In this document: in pieces, positions 8,725-18,493 of the stretch
How positions within the stretch are numbered: position 1 is the stretch's first letter
Layout of the letters: each line of letters opens with the position of its first letter
Assembly (NCBI GenBank): GCA_037139095.1
Contig: JBAXHD010000008.1
Span: 16,781 to 80,780, forward strand
DNA: 64,000 bases
Direction: 5' to 3'
DNA from: Actinomycetota bacterium
GTDB lineage: Bacteria; Actinomycetota; Acidimicrobiia; Acidimicrobiales; Ilumatobacteraceae
Made by a program: the position numbers and the translations under genes
The notes under the pieces: generated by a model
Told to the model about the DNA's origin: nothing
Databases searched by the model: none
Seen by the model: the letters and a program-made list of their open reading frames with translations, nothing else

Positions 8725-10796
8725 AGGCGACCACTTGCGCGCACCGCTACCGGACCTGCGTTGTCAGGGTCGGCCACGGCCAACTCGGTGGCGGTGAGAA
8801 TCGGCTTGTTGTAGCGGCGTGAGAGTTCGTCGGCGGCCTGCGCGAATCGTTCGTCTTGGCGGCGGTGATACGACACAATGCGCTCGAGTCCGTCGCCTGG
8901 ATAGAAGTGTCCTTCGGCCATCAACCGCGCCTGATTGCTCTGGATGCCGAGGCCGAGGTAGACGATGGCGTGAACGTCGGGGTGCGCTGCGATCATCTCC
9001 ATCACTTCGGGAATCGTGTCACGAACTTCGCCACCCGCGCAGTCGACTGGGTTGTTGCGGCTCCAGCGAGGCGGCAACTTGGTGTCGATCTGCGCCTCAA
9101 GGTCGGCGGGCAACGGCATCAGTTGTAGAAGTCCGTCGCGATACAGCGCGTCGCTGGTGACAACTCCCCACCCACCCGCAGTGGTGAGCACGATCACGTT
9201 TGGACCCTTGGGTAGCGGCTGCGTTGCAAAGGTGGCCGCTGCCTCGAACGCCTCTTCAACCGTGCTGGCGCGGGTGACGCCTGCTGCCTTACATGCGCCG
9301 TCGAACACTTTGTCGTCGGCAGCGAGGGCCCCGGTGTGGCTCGCCGCTGCTGCAGCGCCGGCAGCGGTGGCGCCACCCTTGACGATGACGAGTGGCTTTT
9401 TTGCTGCAACGCCAGCAAAGCGTTGGAGCAGGCTGCGCCCGTCGGTGATGCCTTCGACATACGCGAGGCCAACTTTGGTCTCGGGGTCGTTTGCGTAGAA
9501 CTCGAGATAGTCGGCCACGTTGACTGCTGCAGCGTTGCCTGCCGATACAGCGCGGCTGATGCCAACACCAGATGCGCGCGAATAGTTCAGGAAGCTCGAC
9601 ACGAAGTTGCCGCTTTGGCTTGCAACACCAATATGGCCGGCAGGTGGATATGGCGCCACGATTTGAGCGCACAACTGAACTGGCGTGCTGACGACACCTT
9701 GGCCGTTTGGTCCGGCAAGCAAGATGCCGAGTTCGTGAGCGAGCGCAATGAGGTCTGCTTCGGCCTTGCGACCTTCTTCGCCCGCCTCGCCGTAGCCAGC
9801 GCTGGTGAGGAACGCGGCCTTCACGCCCTTGGCGGCACACGCACGCAGCAACGCCGGGTTGGCCGACGCAGGCGTGCAGACGAAGACAAGGTCAATCTCG
9901 CCATCGGGCAATTGGGCGATATCGGCAACGGTGCGAATGCCGAGCACTTCTTCGCCTTGCAGGTTGGTGCCGTAGACGCCACCCGCGTAACCACTGGCAA
10001 GGATGTTGTGCAGCGAGACAAACCCGAACTTGCCGGGGTGCGTTGACGCGCCAGTGACCAACACGCCGCGTGGGTTAAACAACGCGTTGAACTGCTCGGC
10101 CGTTGGCGGTGTGTGCACAACATGTGCTTCGTTCTCGGGTTCGCCAATTTCAACGAGCGCATCCACAGCAATGGGGCTTCCATCGGCGCGAACGATGAGC
10201 GGGTTTACGTCGATGCTGCGCACATCGGGACGGGCGTCAATCACGGCTCCGAGGCCCACGAGCACATCGATGAGTTCGTTTCGGTTCACCGCGCTCTCGC
10301 CGCGGAACGCACCGAGAAGCTTTTGTGTAGCGAGGCTGTCGATCATCTCGCCGGCCTCAAGGCGGCTCAGTGGTGCGGGCCGAAACACAACATCGGCAAT
10401 GGCCTCGGCCAGGACTCCCCCGACTCCGAGCATGACCGTTGCGCCAAACTGCGCGTCTCGCAGCACGCCAGCAATCAGTTCGCGGTTTCCCGAGATCATC
10501 GGGGCAACAAGCAGCGACACGGGTCCGTCTTCGGGTGTGGCCTTTGACAACAGCTCGGCGGCAGCGGCCTCAACGGCTGCGGCATCGGCCAACCGCAGCT
10601 TGACCAAGCCGCGCTCGGTCTTGTGAGCGATGGCATCGCCGCACAACTTCACAACGACCGGATAGCCAAGTGCGCTCGCTGCGATGGCCGCAGCCGAGGC
10701 TGTTGAAACCTCGCGCTCGTCGGCAATTGGCACGCCGTAGTCGCGCAGGAGCGCCTTGGAAGCAGATTCAGAAAGGGTATGGCCGCTGTTTGACAC
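8637..10796 (-). CDS. ADP-forming (NDP-forming) acyl-CoA synthetase family protein, ATP-grasp domain first
   Basis: 719 aa with a GTG start. An N-terminal ATP-grasp region (LLRDYGVPI...) is followed by a CoA-binding Rossmann region (VLVTGASTHPGKFG) and succinyl-CoA-ligase-like domains. No GNAT domain. Confidence 0.85.
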   Translation of the reverse strand: MSNSGHTLSESASKALLRDYGVPIADEREVSTASAAAIAASALGYPVVVKLCGDAIAHKTERGLVKLRLADAAAVEAAAAELLSKATPEDGPVSLLVAPMISGNRELIAGVLRDAQFGATVMLGVGGVLAEAIADVVFRPAPLSRLEAGEMIDSLATQKLLGAFRGESAVNRNELIDVLVGLGAVIDARPDVRSIDVNPLIVRADGSPIAVDALVEIGEPENEAHVVHTPPTAEQFNALFNPRGVLVTGASTHPGKFGFVSLHNILASGYAGGVYGTNLQGEEVLGIRTVADIAQLPDGEIDLVFVCTPASANPALLRACAAKGVKAAFLTSAGYGEAGEEGRKAEADLIALAHELGILLAGPNGQGVVSTPVQLCAQIVAPYPPAGHIGVASQSGNFVSSFLNYSRASGVGISRAVSAGNAAAVNVADYLEFYANDPETKVGLAYVEGITDGRSLLQRFAGVAAKKPLVIVKGGATAAGAAAAASHTGALAADDKVFDGACKAAGVTRASTVEEAFEAAATFATQPLPKGPNVIVLTTAGGWGVVTSDALYRDGLLQLMPLPADLEAQIDTKLPPRWSRNNPVDCAGGEVRDTIPEVMEMIAAHPDVHAIVYLGLGIQSNQARLMAEGHFYPGDGLERIVSYHRRQDERFAQAADELSRRYNKPILTATELAVADPDNAGPVAVRASGRLCYASGNRAVTALGHLYRYAEFRRTRGFD

Positions 10797-10872
10797 ATGC
10801 GTACCGTAGCGATTCGCCGCCGCGAGACGCGACTTCGCGCAACGTTTGCTCGCACGCGAACCGGGCTGGCGA

Positions 10873-11316
10873 CTATGAGCTCACGTTGTAGGTGAGAACG
10901 CTGCGAGCTGCAACCTTGCCGGTGGTGGCGCAGATTGCTTCTGATTCGCAAAACACCACGGTTCGTCCGCGCTTGGTGACCCAACCCTCGGCGATGATGT
11001 CTGTTTGCTTTGCGGCATTCATGAACTGCACGTGCATATCAACTGTTGAGAAGCGCACGTCGCGAGCATATGCAGCGCCAACAGCAGGAACGACCACAGC
11101 ATCAAGCAGTGAGGCAATGGCTCCGCCGTGCACGAGTCCTTGAGGCTGATCAAGCTCGGGTTTGTACTGCATGAGCATGCGGCAGTAATCGACCCGCACT
11201 TCTTGAACCGTCATCCCGAGCAGCGATGGGAAAAAGACGCGATCCCAGCTACCAAATTTCAGCCAACGAGCAGCAACGTCGTCGGGCAAGGGGGCGAACT
11301 GTTCGGCGCGGCTCAT
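10873..11316 (-). CDS. PaaI-family hotdog-fold thioesterase
   Basis: 147 aa. Contains the GLVHGGAIASLLD motif typical of PaaI/YdiI thioesterases. Confidence 0.8.
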   Translation of the reverse strand: MSRAEQFAPLPDDVAARWLKFGSWDRVFFPSLLGMTVQEVRVDYCRMLMQYKPELDQPQGLVHGGAIASLLDAVVVPAVGAAYARDVRFSTVDMHVQFMNAAKQTDIIAEGWVTKRGRTVVFCESEAICATTGKVAARSVLTYNVSS

Positions 11317-12128
11317 ACGCCCGCGATGTGAGCGTGAAGGAGCGTCGCTATGTCATTGGCCAGCTCTTGAATGGCGAGGTGGCCCGCCGGGAGTTCAACG
11401 AGTTGGGCCGAATGAATGGTGTCGGCAAGCGAGCGGCTATGAGCGATGTCGACCCACCGGTCCTCGGTGCCGCCGATGATGAGCGTTGGACACGCGATGG
11501 CCGGCAAGAGCTCAGTGATGTCGAGCACTTTGTCGAGTTCTAGTTGCGCTGCAGAGCCTGGAGCGAGTGTGCCAGCACCCATAGGGATCATCGCCTCAAG
11601 CATGGGCTCAAGCATCGTGAGCGCACCGACAGTGAATCCGTCGGCCATTGCATAACGCATGAACAACTCGGGGTCGGTTGCGATGAGTCGGTTCCACAGT
11701 TCGAAGGTGACTCGCATTCGTGCATCGGACACAGCCCACCCACTGAGCGATGTGGTGGACAACACGCGCTGAGGCGCGATCGCCGCGGTAGCGAGAGCCA
11801 CCACGGCTCCGAGCGAGTAACCGCCGACATGAAAGGTCTGGTGACCGAGCTCGGTCATCAGTGCCAGCGCTTGGTCGACGATGCCTTCGATGGTGAGGGC
11901 GCTCGTAGGCATCGAGGACTCGCCGCTGCCGGGGAATTCGAAGAGGACGTATTGATAGGTGTTCGCTGGCATCGCCGCGCGAACCATGTCCCACGACGTG
12001 CGCGCCATCGTGGTGCCGTGAAACAACAGCACCGGAATGCCGTCACCTTCGATTGCGTATCCGACTGTTGCCTCGCCCAGCTGAAGAGTTGCCATGCCAA
12101 ACGGTAGCCAAGCGTGGCGTTGGGTCAC
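11313..12128 (-). CDS. Alpha/beta hydrolase
   Basis: 271 aa with oxyanion HG (LFHGT) and nucleophile elbow GYSLGA. Overlaps the thioesterase gene by 4 nt. Confidence 0.8.
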   Translation of the reverse strand: MTQRHAWLPFGMATLQLGEATVGYAIEGDGIPVLLFHGTTMARTSWDMVRAAMPANTYQYVLFEFPGSGESSMPTSALTIEGIVDQALALMTELGHQTFHVGGYSLGAVVALATAAIAPQRVLSTTSLSGWAVSDARMRVTFELWNRLIATDPELFMRYAMADGFTVGALTMLEPMLEAMIPMGAGTLAPGSAAQLELDKVLDITELLPAIACPTLIIGGTEDRWVDIAHSRSLADTIHSAQLVELPAGHLAIQELANDIATLLHAHIAGV

Positions 12129-12155
12129 CTAGTGGGAACGTGCGCAGCAGAGGTT

Positions 12156-12767
12156 CTAGGGAACGAGGGCGCTGCGAAAGAAGCCGAGCACATGCTGCAG
12201 GCGTTGTTCAAGCATGGGACTCGCGAGCGGTTCGTCGTCGAGTAGCCCACCGAGAAACGGCGCATCTGAGAAGTAGCTCAGCAACGCGCCGTAGCCGGTG
12301 AGCAAGAGTTGCTCGGGATCGTGTTGACGGAAGTTGCCGTTGTCCATCTCGCGCTGGAAATATGCGGCCGCGCTATCGAACGCTGGACGCAATACGCCCG
12401 CCAGATCGATACCAAGATGGGCCCCATTGTCGAGCGCCTCACGGCGCATGAGGCGCACGTAGTCGGGGTTCTCGCTGAAGAACTGAAAGCCTGCGATGAG
12501 CACAGACTCGACCTTGGTCCACCCGCTCTCGGTGCTGCCGATTGCGTCGGTGAGGCGCTCGAACCAATCGGAGAGCAACTGCTCGAACACCTCGCCGTAC
12601 AGAATCTCCTTCGAAGCGAAGTGATGCAAAAGACTCGGACGGCGAATACCAACAGCCGCAGCAATGTCGTTGAGCGAGGTGCCGTCGTAGCCAGCCTCGG
12701 CAAAGCAGTGCAAGGCCTCAATAACGATCTGGTCCCGCGTCGAAAGTTGCTCGGTCGCGTCGGCCAT
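12156..12767 (-). CDS. TetR/AcrR-family transcriptional regulator
   Basis: The HTH region [41 protein letters not shown] is classic TetR_N. Start taken at Met39 (12767) of ORF 12156..12881; 12797 and 12881 are alternatives. Confidence 0.85.
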   Translation of the reverse strand: MADATEQLSTRDQIVIEALHCFAEAGYDGTSLNDIAAAVGIRRPSLLHHFASKEILYGEVFEQLLSDWFERLTDAIGSTESGWTKVESVLIAGFQFFSENPDYVRLMRREALDNGAHLGIDLAGVLRPAFDSAAAYFQREMDNGNFRQHDPEQLLLTGYGALLSYFSDAPFLGGLLDDEPLASPMLEQRLQHVLGFFRSALVP

Positions 12768-12781
12768 TGCGCGTACTGTAC

Positions 12782-12797
12782 ATGACGTGTCCGTCAT
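12782..12797. promoter_or_regulatory. Inverted repeat ATGACG-tgtc-CGTCAT at the tetR/nagA divergent junction (candidate operator)
   Basis: Perfect 6-4-6 palindrome read directly from the sequence. It overlaps the nagA GTG (12787) and lies 15 nt from the preferred TetR start. Confidence 0.25.
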
Positions 12798-13872
12798 CAC
12801 TGCCAACTCCGTGCTCACCCCCGGTGGGTGGACCCAACCGAGTTCGGTCACGGTTGACGATGCTGGATTCATCGTCGACATTGCCCCGACGAGCGGGCCG
12901 GTTCAGCACCGTTCGTTGGTCCCTGGTTTTGTCGACCTACAGGTAAACGGCGTCGACGACATCGATGTGTCACGCGCTGCCGACCACGACTGGATCCGCA
13001 TCGGAGAACTGTTGCTCGAGCAGGGTGTCACCTCGTGGTGTCCCACGTTGGTGACGGCTCCCCTCTCGAGGTACGAACAGCCATTGCGGCGAATTGCCGA
13101 AGCGCAGGCTCTCGGCGGGCCAGCCATCATCGGCGCACATCTCGAGGGTCCGTTTCTGGGTGGCGCCCCCGGAGCGCACCGTCGCGACATGCTTGCGCCA
13201 ATTGACCTGGCTTGGCTCGCAGCGTTGCCAGACATTGTTCGGCTCGTCACGTTGGCGCCCGAACTCGAACTCGCTGCCGAGGCGATCGAGTTGTTGGTCG
13301 AGCGCCACATCGTGGTGTCTCTCGGTCACAGCACACCATCGATAGCTCAGTGCGATGCAGCGGTCGAAGCAGGAGCGGCGATGGCCACTCACCTTTTCAA
13401 CGGAATGTCGGGTGTACACCATCGGGACCCGGGTCTCGCTGCCTACGCGCTCGTGAACGACCGATTGACGGTGGGCCTCATCGCCGACCTCATCCACGTT
13501 CATCCGTTGGCCATCGAGCTTGCATTTCGGGCCAAGCCCGCCGATGGGGTCGTGCTCGTCACCGACGCCGTTGCGTGGCGCGCCGGTACCGCCGGAGCTG
13601 TTGGTCTCTCGATGAGCGATGGCGCACCCCGCTTGGCCAATGGCACGCTCGCCGGTAGCGCCCTCACGATGGATCAAGCGATTCGCAACGTGGTGAACCA
13701 TTGCTCGGTACCGCTCGAGCAAGCAGTGCGTGCAGCGTCAACCAACCCAGCGCACCTCATTGGTTGTGCCGACCGCGGCGCTATCGCTGTTGGCAAACGC
13801 GCCGACCTTGTCGAACTCGACGACGAACTTCGCGTCGGCGGAGTGTGGCTCAACGGCGTCCGCGCTCGTTAG
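12787..13872 (+). CDS. nagA: N-acetylglucosamine-6-phosphate deacetylase
   Basis: 361 aa. Contains the NagA signature blocks [31 protein letters not shown] and VTDAVAW. Confidence 0.88.
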   Translation: MSVITANSVLTPGGWTQPSSVTVDDAGFIVDIAPTSGPVQHRSLVPGFVDLQVNGVDDIDVSRAADHDWIRIGELLLEQGVTSWCPTLVTAPLSRYEQPLRRIAEAQALGGPAIIGAHLEGPFLGGAPGAHRRDMLAPIDLAWLAALPDIVRLVTLAPELELAAEAIELLVERHIVVSLGHSTPSIAQCDAAVEAGAAMATHLFNGMSGVHHRDPGLAAYALVNDRLTVGLIADLIHVHPLAIELAFRAKPADGVVLVTDAVAWRAGTAGAVGLSMSDGAPRLANGTLAGSALTMDQAIRNVVNHCSVPLEQAVRAASTNPAHLIGCADRGAIAVGKRADLVELDDELRVGGVWLNGVRAR

Positions 13873-13892
13873 CAAGCCGATACCCTCGCCGC

Positions 13893-14288
13893 ATGCAGAT
13901 CGTCTCAGCACTCTTTGTCGAGAACTTCGAGATGCGTCAGGCTCCTGGGCCGTCGACACGCATCGACCTCACTGGCGCAATGTTCTCTATGGCTGCGCCC
14001 TCACCCGTGCCCGTCACCGTGTCTCCTCACCTTGTGGCGCTCATTTCGTGCGCGCCCGACGAGGTCGGCAGCGGCGTGTTCGAGGTCATCTTCCGCAAGG
14101 GTCGCAGCGAAGACGACGAACAAGTGGCACGCAACGTGAGCCCGTTCACGGTTGAGCCCGGCAAGTTCACCTACCGCCTTGTGCGCGGCGAGTTGGAGTT
14201 CGACACCTATTGCCAGATCTTCGCTCACTGTCGCGTTGATCATGGTCCGTGGCATCTCGTGCCGCTGACCTTGCTGCCGCCAGTGTGA
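13893..14288 (+). CDS. Hypothetical protein (131 aa)
   Basis: Met65 of ORF 13701..14288, 20 nt after the nagA stop. MQIVSALFVENFEMRQ...HLVPLTLLPPV. No motif I can name with confidence. Confidence 0.55.
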   Translation: MQIVSALFVENFEMRQAPGPSTRIDLTGAMFSMAAPSPVPVTVSPHLVALISCAPDEVGSGVFEVIFRKGRSEDDEQVARNVSPFTVEPGKFTYRLVRGELEFDTYCQIFAHCRVDHGPWHLVPLTLLPPV

Positions 14289-14363
14289 TTTTCAGCCAAT
14301 AAATGGCCACGCGCGCCATTTGAAACGGGGACTCGCGACACCCCAGCGATTAGTGTCGGCCGA

Positions 14364-16328
14364 GTGCCATCTACGTTGACGCCCGAACAAGACTCTGCAG
14401 CTATCAGCCTCATTCGTGGCTTCGCCATGGATGCTCCCCTCTACGCCAAGAGCGGGCATCAGGGCACCGCAATGGCGCTGGCCCCTCTGGCTCATGTGCT
14501 GTACAGCCGTGTCATGCGCCACGATCCCGCCAATCCGTCGTGGCCCGATCGAGATCGGTTCATCCTCAGCAACGGCCATGCCAGCATCTTGCAGTACTCG
14601 ATGCTGTACCTCAGCGGCTATGGGCTCGAACTCGACGACATCAAGCAGTTCCGTCAGTGGCAATCGGCCACTCCAGGTCACCCAGAGGCGGGTCACACAG
14701 CTGGCGTCGAGGTCACAACCGGACCGCTCGGACAGGGCTTCGCCAACGCAGTTGGCATGGCTATCGCCGAGCGCTCGTTGGCCGATCGGTTTGGCTCCAA
14801 CGTTCAAGATCACCACACCTTCGTCATTGCCGGCGATGGCTGTTTCATGGAAGGCCTCAGCCACGAAGCTGCATCACTGGCGGGTCATCTCAAACTTGGT
14901 GGTCTCATCTGCGTTCACGACGACAACGGCATCACCATCGACGGAAACACCAACCTCGCGTATAGCGACGACGTTGCCATGCGCTTTCGGAGCTACGGCT
15001 GGCATGTCGAAAGCGTTGGCGAGATCGCCGACGATTGCGATGCGCTCGAAGCCGCACTGCGCCGGGCGATGGCGGTCACCGACCAGCCGAGCTTGATCAT
15101 CCTTCGCTCGCACATCGGCTACCCGTCACCCGATCTCACTGATACGCACGAGGCCCACGGCAACCCGTTCACGCTTGATCTCACCAATCGAACCAAAGAT
15201 GCGATGGGCATTCCTCAAGAGCCGTTCTGGGCGCCTACCGATCTGGTCGATGCGTACCGAGCCTCTGCTGCCCAGCGCGGACAAGCCGCCAGTGCTCAAT
15301 GGCAGCAACGCTTCGAAGCATCGGCGCTCAATCACGCCGAATGGGATGCTTGCTGGGCAGCCACTGGCCTCGCTGATTGGACCGATTCGCTGCCTACGTT
15401 TGCTCAGGGCGACAGCATCGCAACCCGCGTTGCGATCCAAAAGGTGTTCGACGCAACGCTTGCACAATTGCCAGGCCTGGTCGCCGGATCCGCCGACCTC
15501 ACCGGAAACACCGGTACCAAGCTGGCGGGTCAGGTTGCCCAATCGGCTGCTGCGCCGGGCGGACGTCAGGTGTATTACGGAATCCGCGAGCACGCGATGG
15601 CAGCCGTAATGGTCGGCATGTCGCTGCATGGCGGTGTGCTTCCCGTGGGCGGCACCTTCTTGGTTTTTGCCGACTACCTGCGCCCTTCTGTGCGCCTCGC
15701 AGCTCTCTCGAAGGCCAAGGTTGTGTTTGTGCTCACGCATGACTCGGTTGGCGTGGGCGAAGACGGACCCACCCATCAGCCGGTCGAGCAGCTTGCGTCG
15801 CTACGCATTATCCCTGACCTGCAGGTAATCCGCCCGGCCGACGCCAACGAGACCGCTCACGCATGGCGCGTTGCGGTGGAGCACGACGGCCCAACCGCCT
15901 TGGTGCTCAGCCGACAGAACCTGCCCGTGTGCACCGATGGCGCCGCAGTAGAGACTGGGGCGGCAACGCTCAGCGCAGCGGCCGATCCTCGGGTGGTGCT
16001 CGTGGCTACCGGCAGCGAGGTGCATCTCTGCACCGCTGCCGCCGAACAGCTCGCAGCGCAAGGCATCGGTGCCAACGTGGTGTCCATGCCATCGTGGGAT
16101 CGCTTTGAGCGCCAGTCGGCGGCATACCGTGCCACTGTGTTCCCCAAGGGAGTACCCGTGCTTTCCGTCGAGGCTGCAGTCACCTTTGGTTGGGCGCGCT
16201 ACGCCCACGACAGCATTGGCATCGATCGTTTTGGGGCAAGCGCGCCAGGCGCGCTGGTGCTCGACAAGCTCGGCATCAATATCGACAACATCGTTGCTCG
16301 GGCGACTGCGCTCGCGACGAACGCCTAG
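14364..16328 (+). CDS. tkt: Transketolase
   Basis: 654 aa with a GTG start. Contains SGHQGTAMALAPL, the GDGCFMEG thiamine-diphosphate motif and the THDSVGVGEDGPTHQPVE block. Confidence 0.95.
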   Translation: MPSTLTPEQDSAAISLIRGFAMDAPLYAKSGHQGTAMALAPLAHVLYSRVMRHDPANPSWPDRDRFILSNGHASILQYSMLYLSGYGLELDDIKQFRQWQSATPGHPEAGHTAGVEVTTGPLGQGFANAVGMAIAERSLADRFGSNVQDHHTFVIAGDGCFMEGLSHEAASLAGHLKLGGLICVHDDNGITIDGNTNLAYSDDVAMRFRSYGWHVESVGEIADDCDALEAALRRAMAVTDQPSLIILRSHIGYPSPDLTDTHEAHGNPFTLDLTNRTKDAMGIPQEPFWAPTDLVDAYRASAAQRGQAASAQWQQRFEASALNHAEWDACWAATGLADWTDSLPTFAQGDSIATRVAIQKVFDATLAQLPGLVAGSADLTGNTGTKLAGQVAQSAAAPGGRQVYYGIREHAMAAVMVGMSLHGGVLPVGGTFLVFADYLRPSVRLAALSKAKVVFVLTHDSVGVGEDGPTHQPVEQLASLRIIPDLQVIRPADANETAHAWRVAVEHDGPTALVLSRQNLPVCTDGAAVETGAATLSAAADPRVVLVATGSEVHLCTAAAEQLAAQGIGANVVSMPSWDRFERQSAAYRATVFPKGVPVLSVEAAVTFGWARYAHDSIGIDRFGASAPGALVLDKLGINIDNIVARATALATNA

Positions 16329-16337
16329 GAGGCATCT

Positions 16338-17453
16338 GTGGATCGGCTCGTACATCTCGCTCGCGACTTTGGTCAGAGCCCGTGGCTCGACAACCTGAAG
16401 CGCAGCTACATCACCTCAGGCCAGTTGCAGGGACTCGTCGATCGCGGTGTTCGCGGGCTCACCTCGAACCCAACCATCTTTCAAAAGGCCATTCAGGGCT
16501 CGCCCGATTACGACGAGCAATTCTCGGCGCTCGCCGCCGGCGCTCCCCATCCCATCATCGATGACTACTGGGCGATGGTCTTGCGCGATATCAACAGCGC
16601 GCTCGACATCTTTGAACCGGTCTATGCCGCAACGGCGGGTCTCGACGGATACGTAAGCGTCGAGGTCGATCCGGGTCTGGCCCACGACAGCGTTGGTACC
16701 GAAATCGCCGCACGCGAGCTCAGCGAGCGCGTGAATCGCCACAACCTGATGGTGAAAGTACCGGCCACACATGCTGGCTTGCCTGCTATCGAGCAGATGA
16801 TTGCCGAAGGACGCAGCATCAATGTCACGCTCATCTTCAGCCTCGAGCGCTATGCAGCGGTTGTCGAGGCCTACATCAGCGGCCTTGAGCGCCTCGCCGC
16901 TTCGCCAACGGCCGACCTCTCTTCGGTCGCCAGTGTCGCAAGTTTCTTCATCAGCCGTGTCGACACCGAGATCGATAAGCGGCTCGACGCCATGGGCTCT
17001 CCCGAAGCATTAGCGCTGCGCGGCAAGGCTGCTGTTGCCCAAGGCAAGCTCGCCTACCAGATGTTTCAGAAGGCGTTCAGCGGTCCGCGCTGGCAGGCGC
17101 TGGCCGATCGCGGAGCTCGTGTGCAGCGTCCGCTGTGGGCGAGTACCAGCACCAAGAATCCTGCGTACCCCGACACGTTGTATGTCGACGAACTCATTGG
17201 TCCGCACACGGTGAACACGTTGCCCGATGCCACGCTCGAGGCGTTCGCCGATCACGGCAACCTCGTTCGTCGCGTTGATGTCGATGTCGATCAAGCGGGG
17301 CAAGATTGGCAAGCTCTCGCCGCTGTCGGCATCGACCTCGATGCCATCGCCGAGCAACTCGAGACCGAAGGTGTCGCTTCATTTCAAGCCAGCTTTAACG
17401 AGTTACTCGAAGCGCTCGAGGTGAAAGCCGCCTCGTTGCGTCACAACGCGTGA
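16338..17453 (+). CDS. tal: Transaldolase (actinobacterial long type)
   Basis: 371 aa. AGGAGG lies upstream of GTG 16338. Contains SPWLDNL, TSNPTIF, the VKVPAT active-site Lys block and INVTLIFS. Confidence 0.95.
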   Translation: MDRLVHLARDFGQSPWLDNLKRSYITSGQLQGLVDRGVRGLTSNPTIFQKAIQGSPDYDEQFSALAAGAPHPIIDDYWAMVLRDINSALDIFEPVYAATAGLDGYVSVEVDPGLAHDSVGTEIAARELSERVNRHNLMVKVPATHAGLPAIEQMIAEGRSINVTLIFSLERYAAVVEAYISGLERLAASPTADLSSVASVASFFISRVDTEIDKRLDAMGSPEALALRGKAAVAQGKLAYQMFQKAFSGPRWQALADRGARVQRPLWASTSTKNPAYPDTLYVDELIGPHTVNTLPDATLEAFADHGNLVRRVDVDVDQAGQDWQALAAVGIDLDAIAEQLETEGVASFQASFNELLEALEVKAASLRHNA

Positions 17454-18478
17454 CCACACCCGAGCTGTCTCCCGAGGTTGCACTCGCAGTGCAGCATCTG
17501 CTCGATGTGCTTGGCCCCACCCACGACCGTCGCCTTGCCGAAGAGTTGCTCACGGCGTCTGCGGGCATGATCGCCGATCACCCGGCAACGCTCGATCTCA
17601 AGATTGCTGCCTCCGCAGTTGTCGAAATGCGCGATGCCTACGGCATGTTTGCTCCGTATCGCGGGCGCAAGAAGGTGACTATCTTTGGCTCGGCGCGCAC
17701 CAAGCAATCCGATCCGCTCTACGAGCAAGCGCGCAACGTCGCAGCCCAACTCGGTGACCACGGATGGATGGTGATCACTGGCGCAGGCCCCGGAATCATG
17801 CACGCCGCCATGCAGGGTGCAGGCCGCGAGATGAGCATCGGCGTTTCGATTCGCCTGCCATTTGAACAGCAGGCGAACCCGGTCATAGCGGGTGACCCCA
17901 AGTACGTGAGCATGAAGTACTTCTTCACGCGCAAGCTCATGTTGGTCAAAGAGAGCAGCGCGTTTGTGTGCTTGCCAGGCGGGTTCGGAACGCTCGACGA
18001 GATGTTCGAACTGCTCACGCTGACGCAAACAGGCAAGGGCGTGCCGGTGCCAATTGTCTTTCTCGAAACTGTTGGCGACAACTATTGGGAGCGAGTCGCC
18101 AATCTGATCAACGATCAGTTGGTCGCTCGAGGTTTTGTCGATCAGATCGACACCAATCTCTATCTCATCACCGACAGCACCGAGCTGGCAGCTCGCGAAA
18201 TCCGTCGCTTCTACGCCAACTACGACAGCATGCGTTATGTGGGCGATCTCTTGGTGCTGCGCATGAAGCAATCCCCCGACGACGAACAACTTGCGCTGCT
18301 TAACGAACGCTTCGGGCACCTGTGCACGAAAGGCGTCATCGCCCGAACCCCTGCCCTCCCGATCGAGGTGCGCGAGGGCGATAGTGTCGCGCTACATCGG
18401 GTGGCATTCACGTTTGCCAAGCACGGCTTTGGCGACTTGCACCAGATGATCGACACACTGAACTCATTCGTTTCTTAA
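17450..18478 (+). CDS. LOG-family (TIGR00730) nucleotide 5'-monophosphate nucleosidase-like protein with a C-terminal extension
   Basis: 342 aa. Contains the VTIFGSAR, ITGAGPGIMHA and PGGFGTLDE motifs. ATGA overlap with tal. Confidence 0.85.
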   Translation: MTTPELSPEVALAVQHLLDVLGPTHDRRLAEELLTASAGMIADHPATLDLKIAASAVVEMRDAYGMFAPYRGRKKVTIFGSARTKQSDPLYEQARNVAAQLGDHGWMVITGAGPGIMHAAMQGAGREMSIGVSIRLPFEQQANPVIAGDPKYVSMKYFFTRKLMLVKESSAFVCLPGGFGTLDEMFELLTLTQTGKGVPVPIVFLETVGDNYWERVANLINDQLVARGFVDQIDTNLYLITDSTELAAREIRRFYANYDSMRYVGDLLVLRMKQSPDDEQLALLNERFGHLCTKGVIARTPALPIEVREGDSVALHRVAFTFAKHGFGDLHQMIDTLNSFVS

Positions 18479-18493
18479 GCAGTAGGGGCCTCC

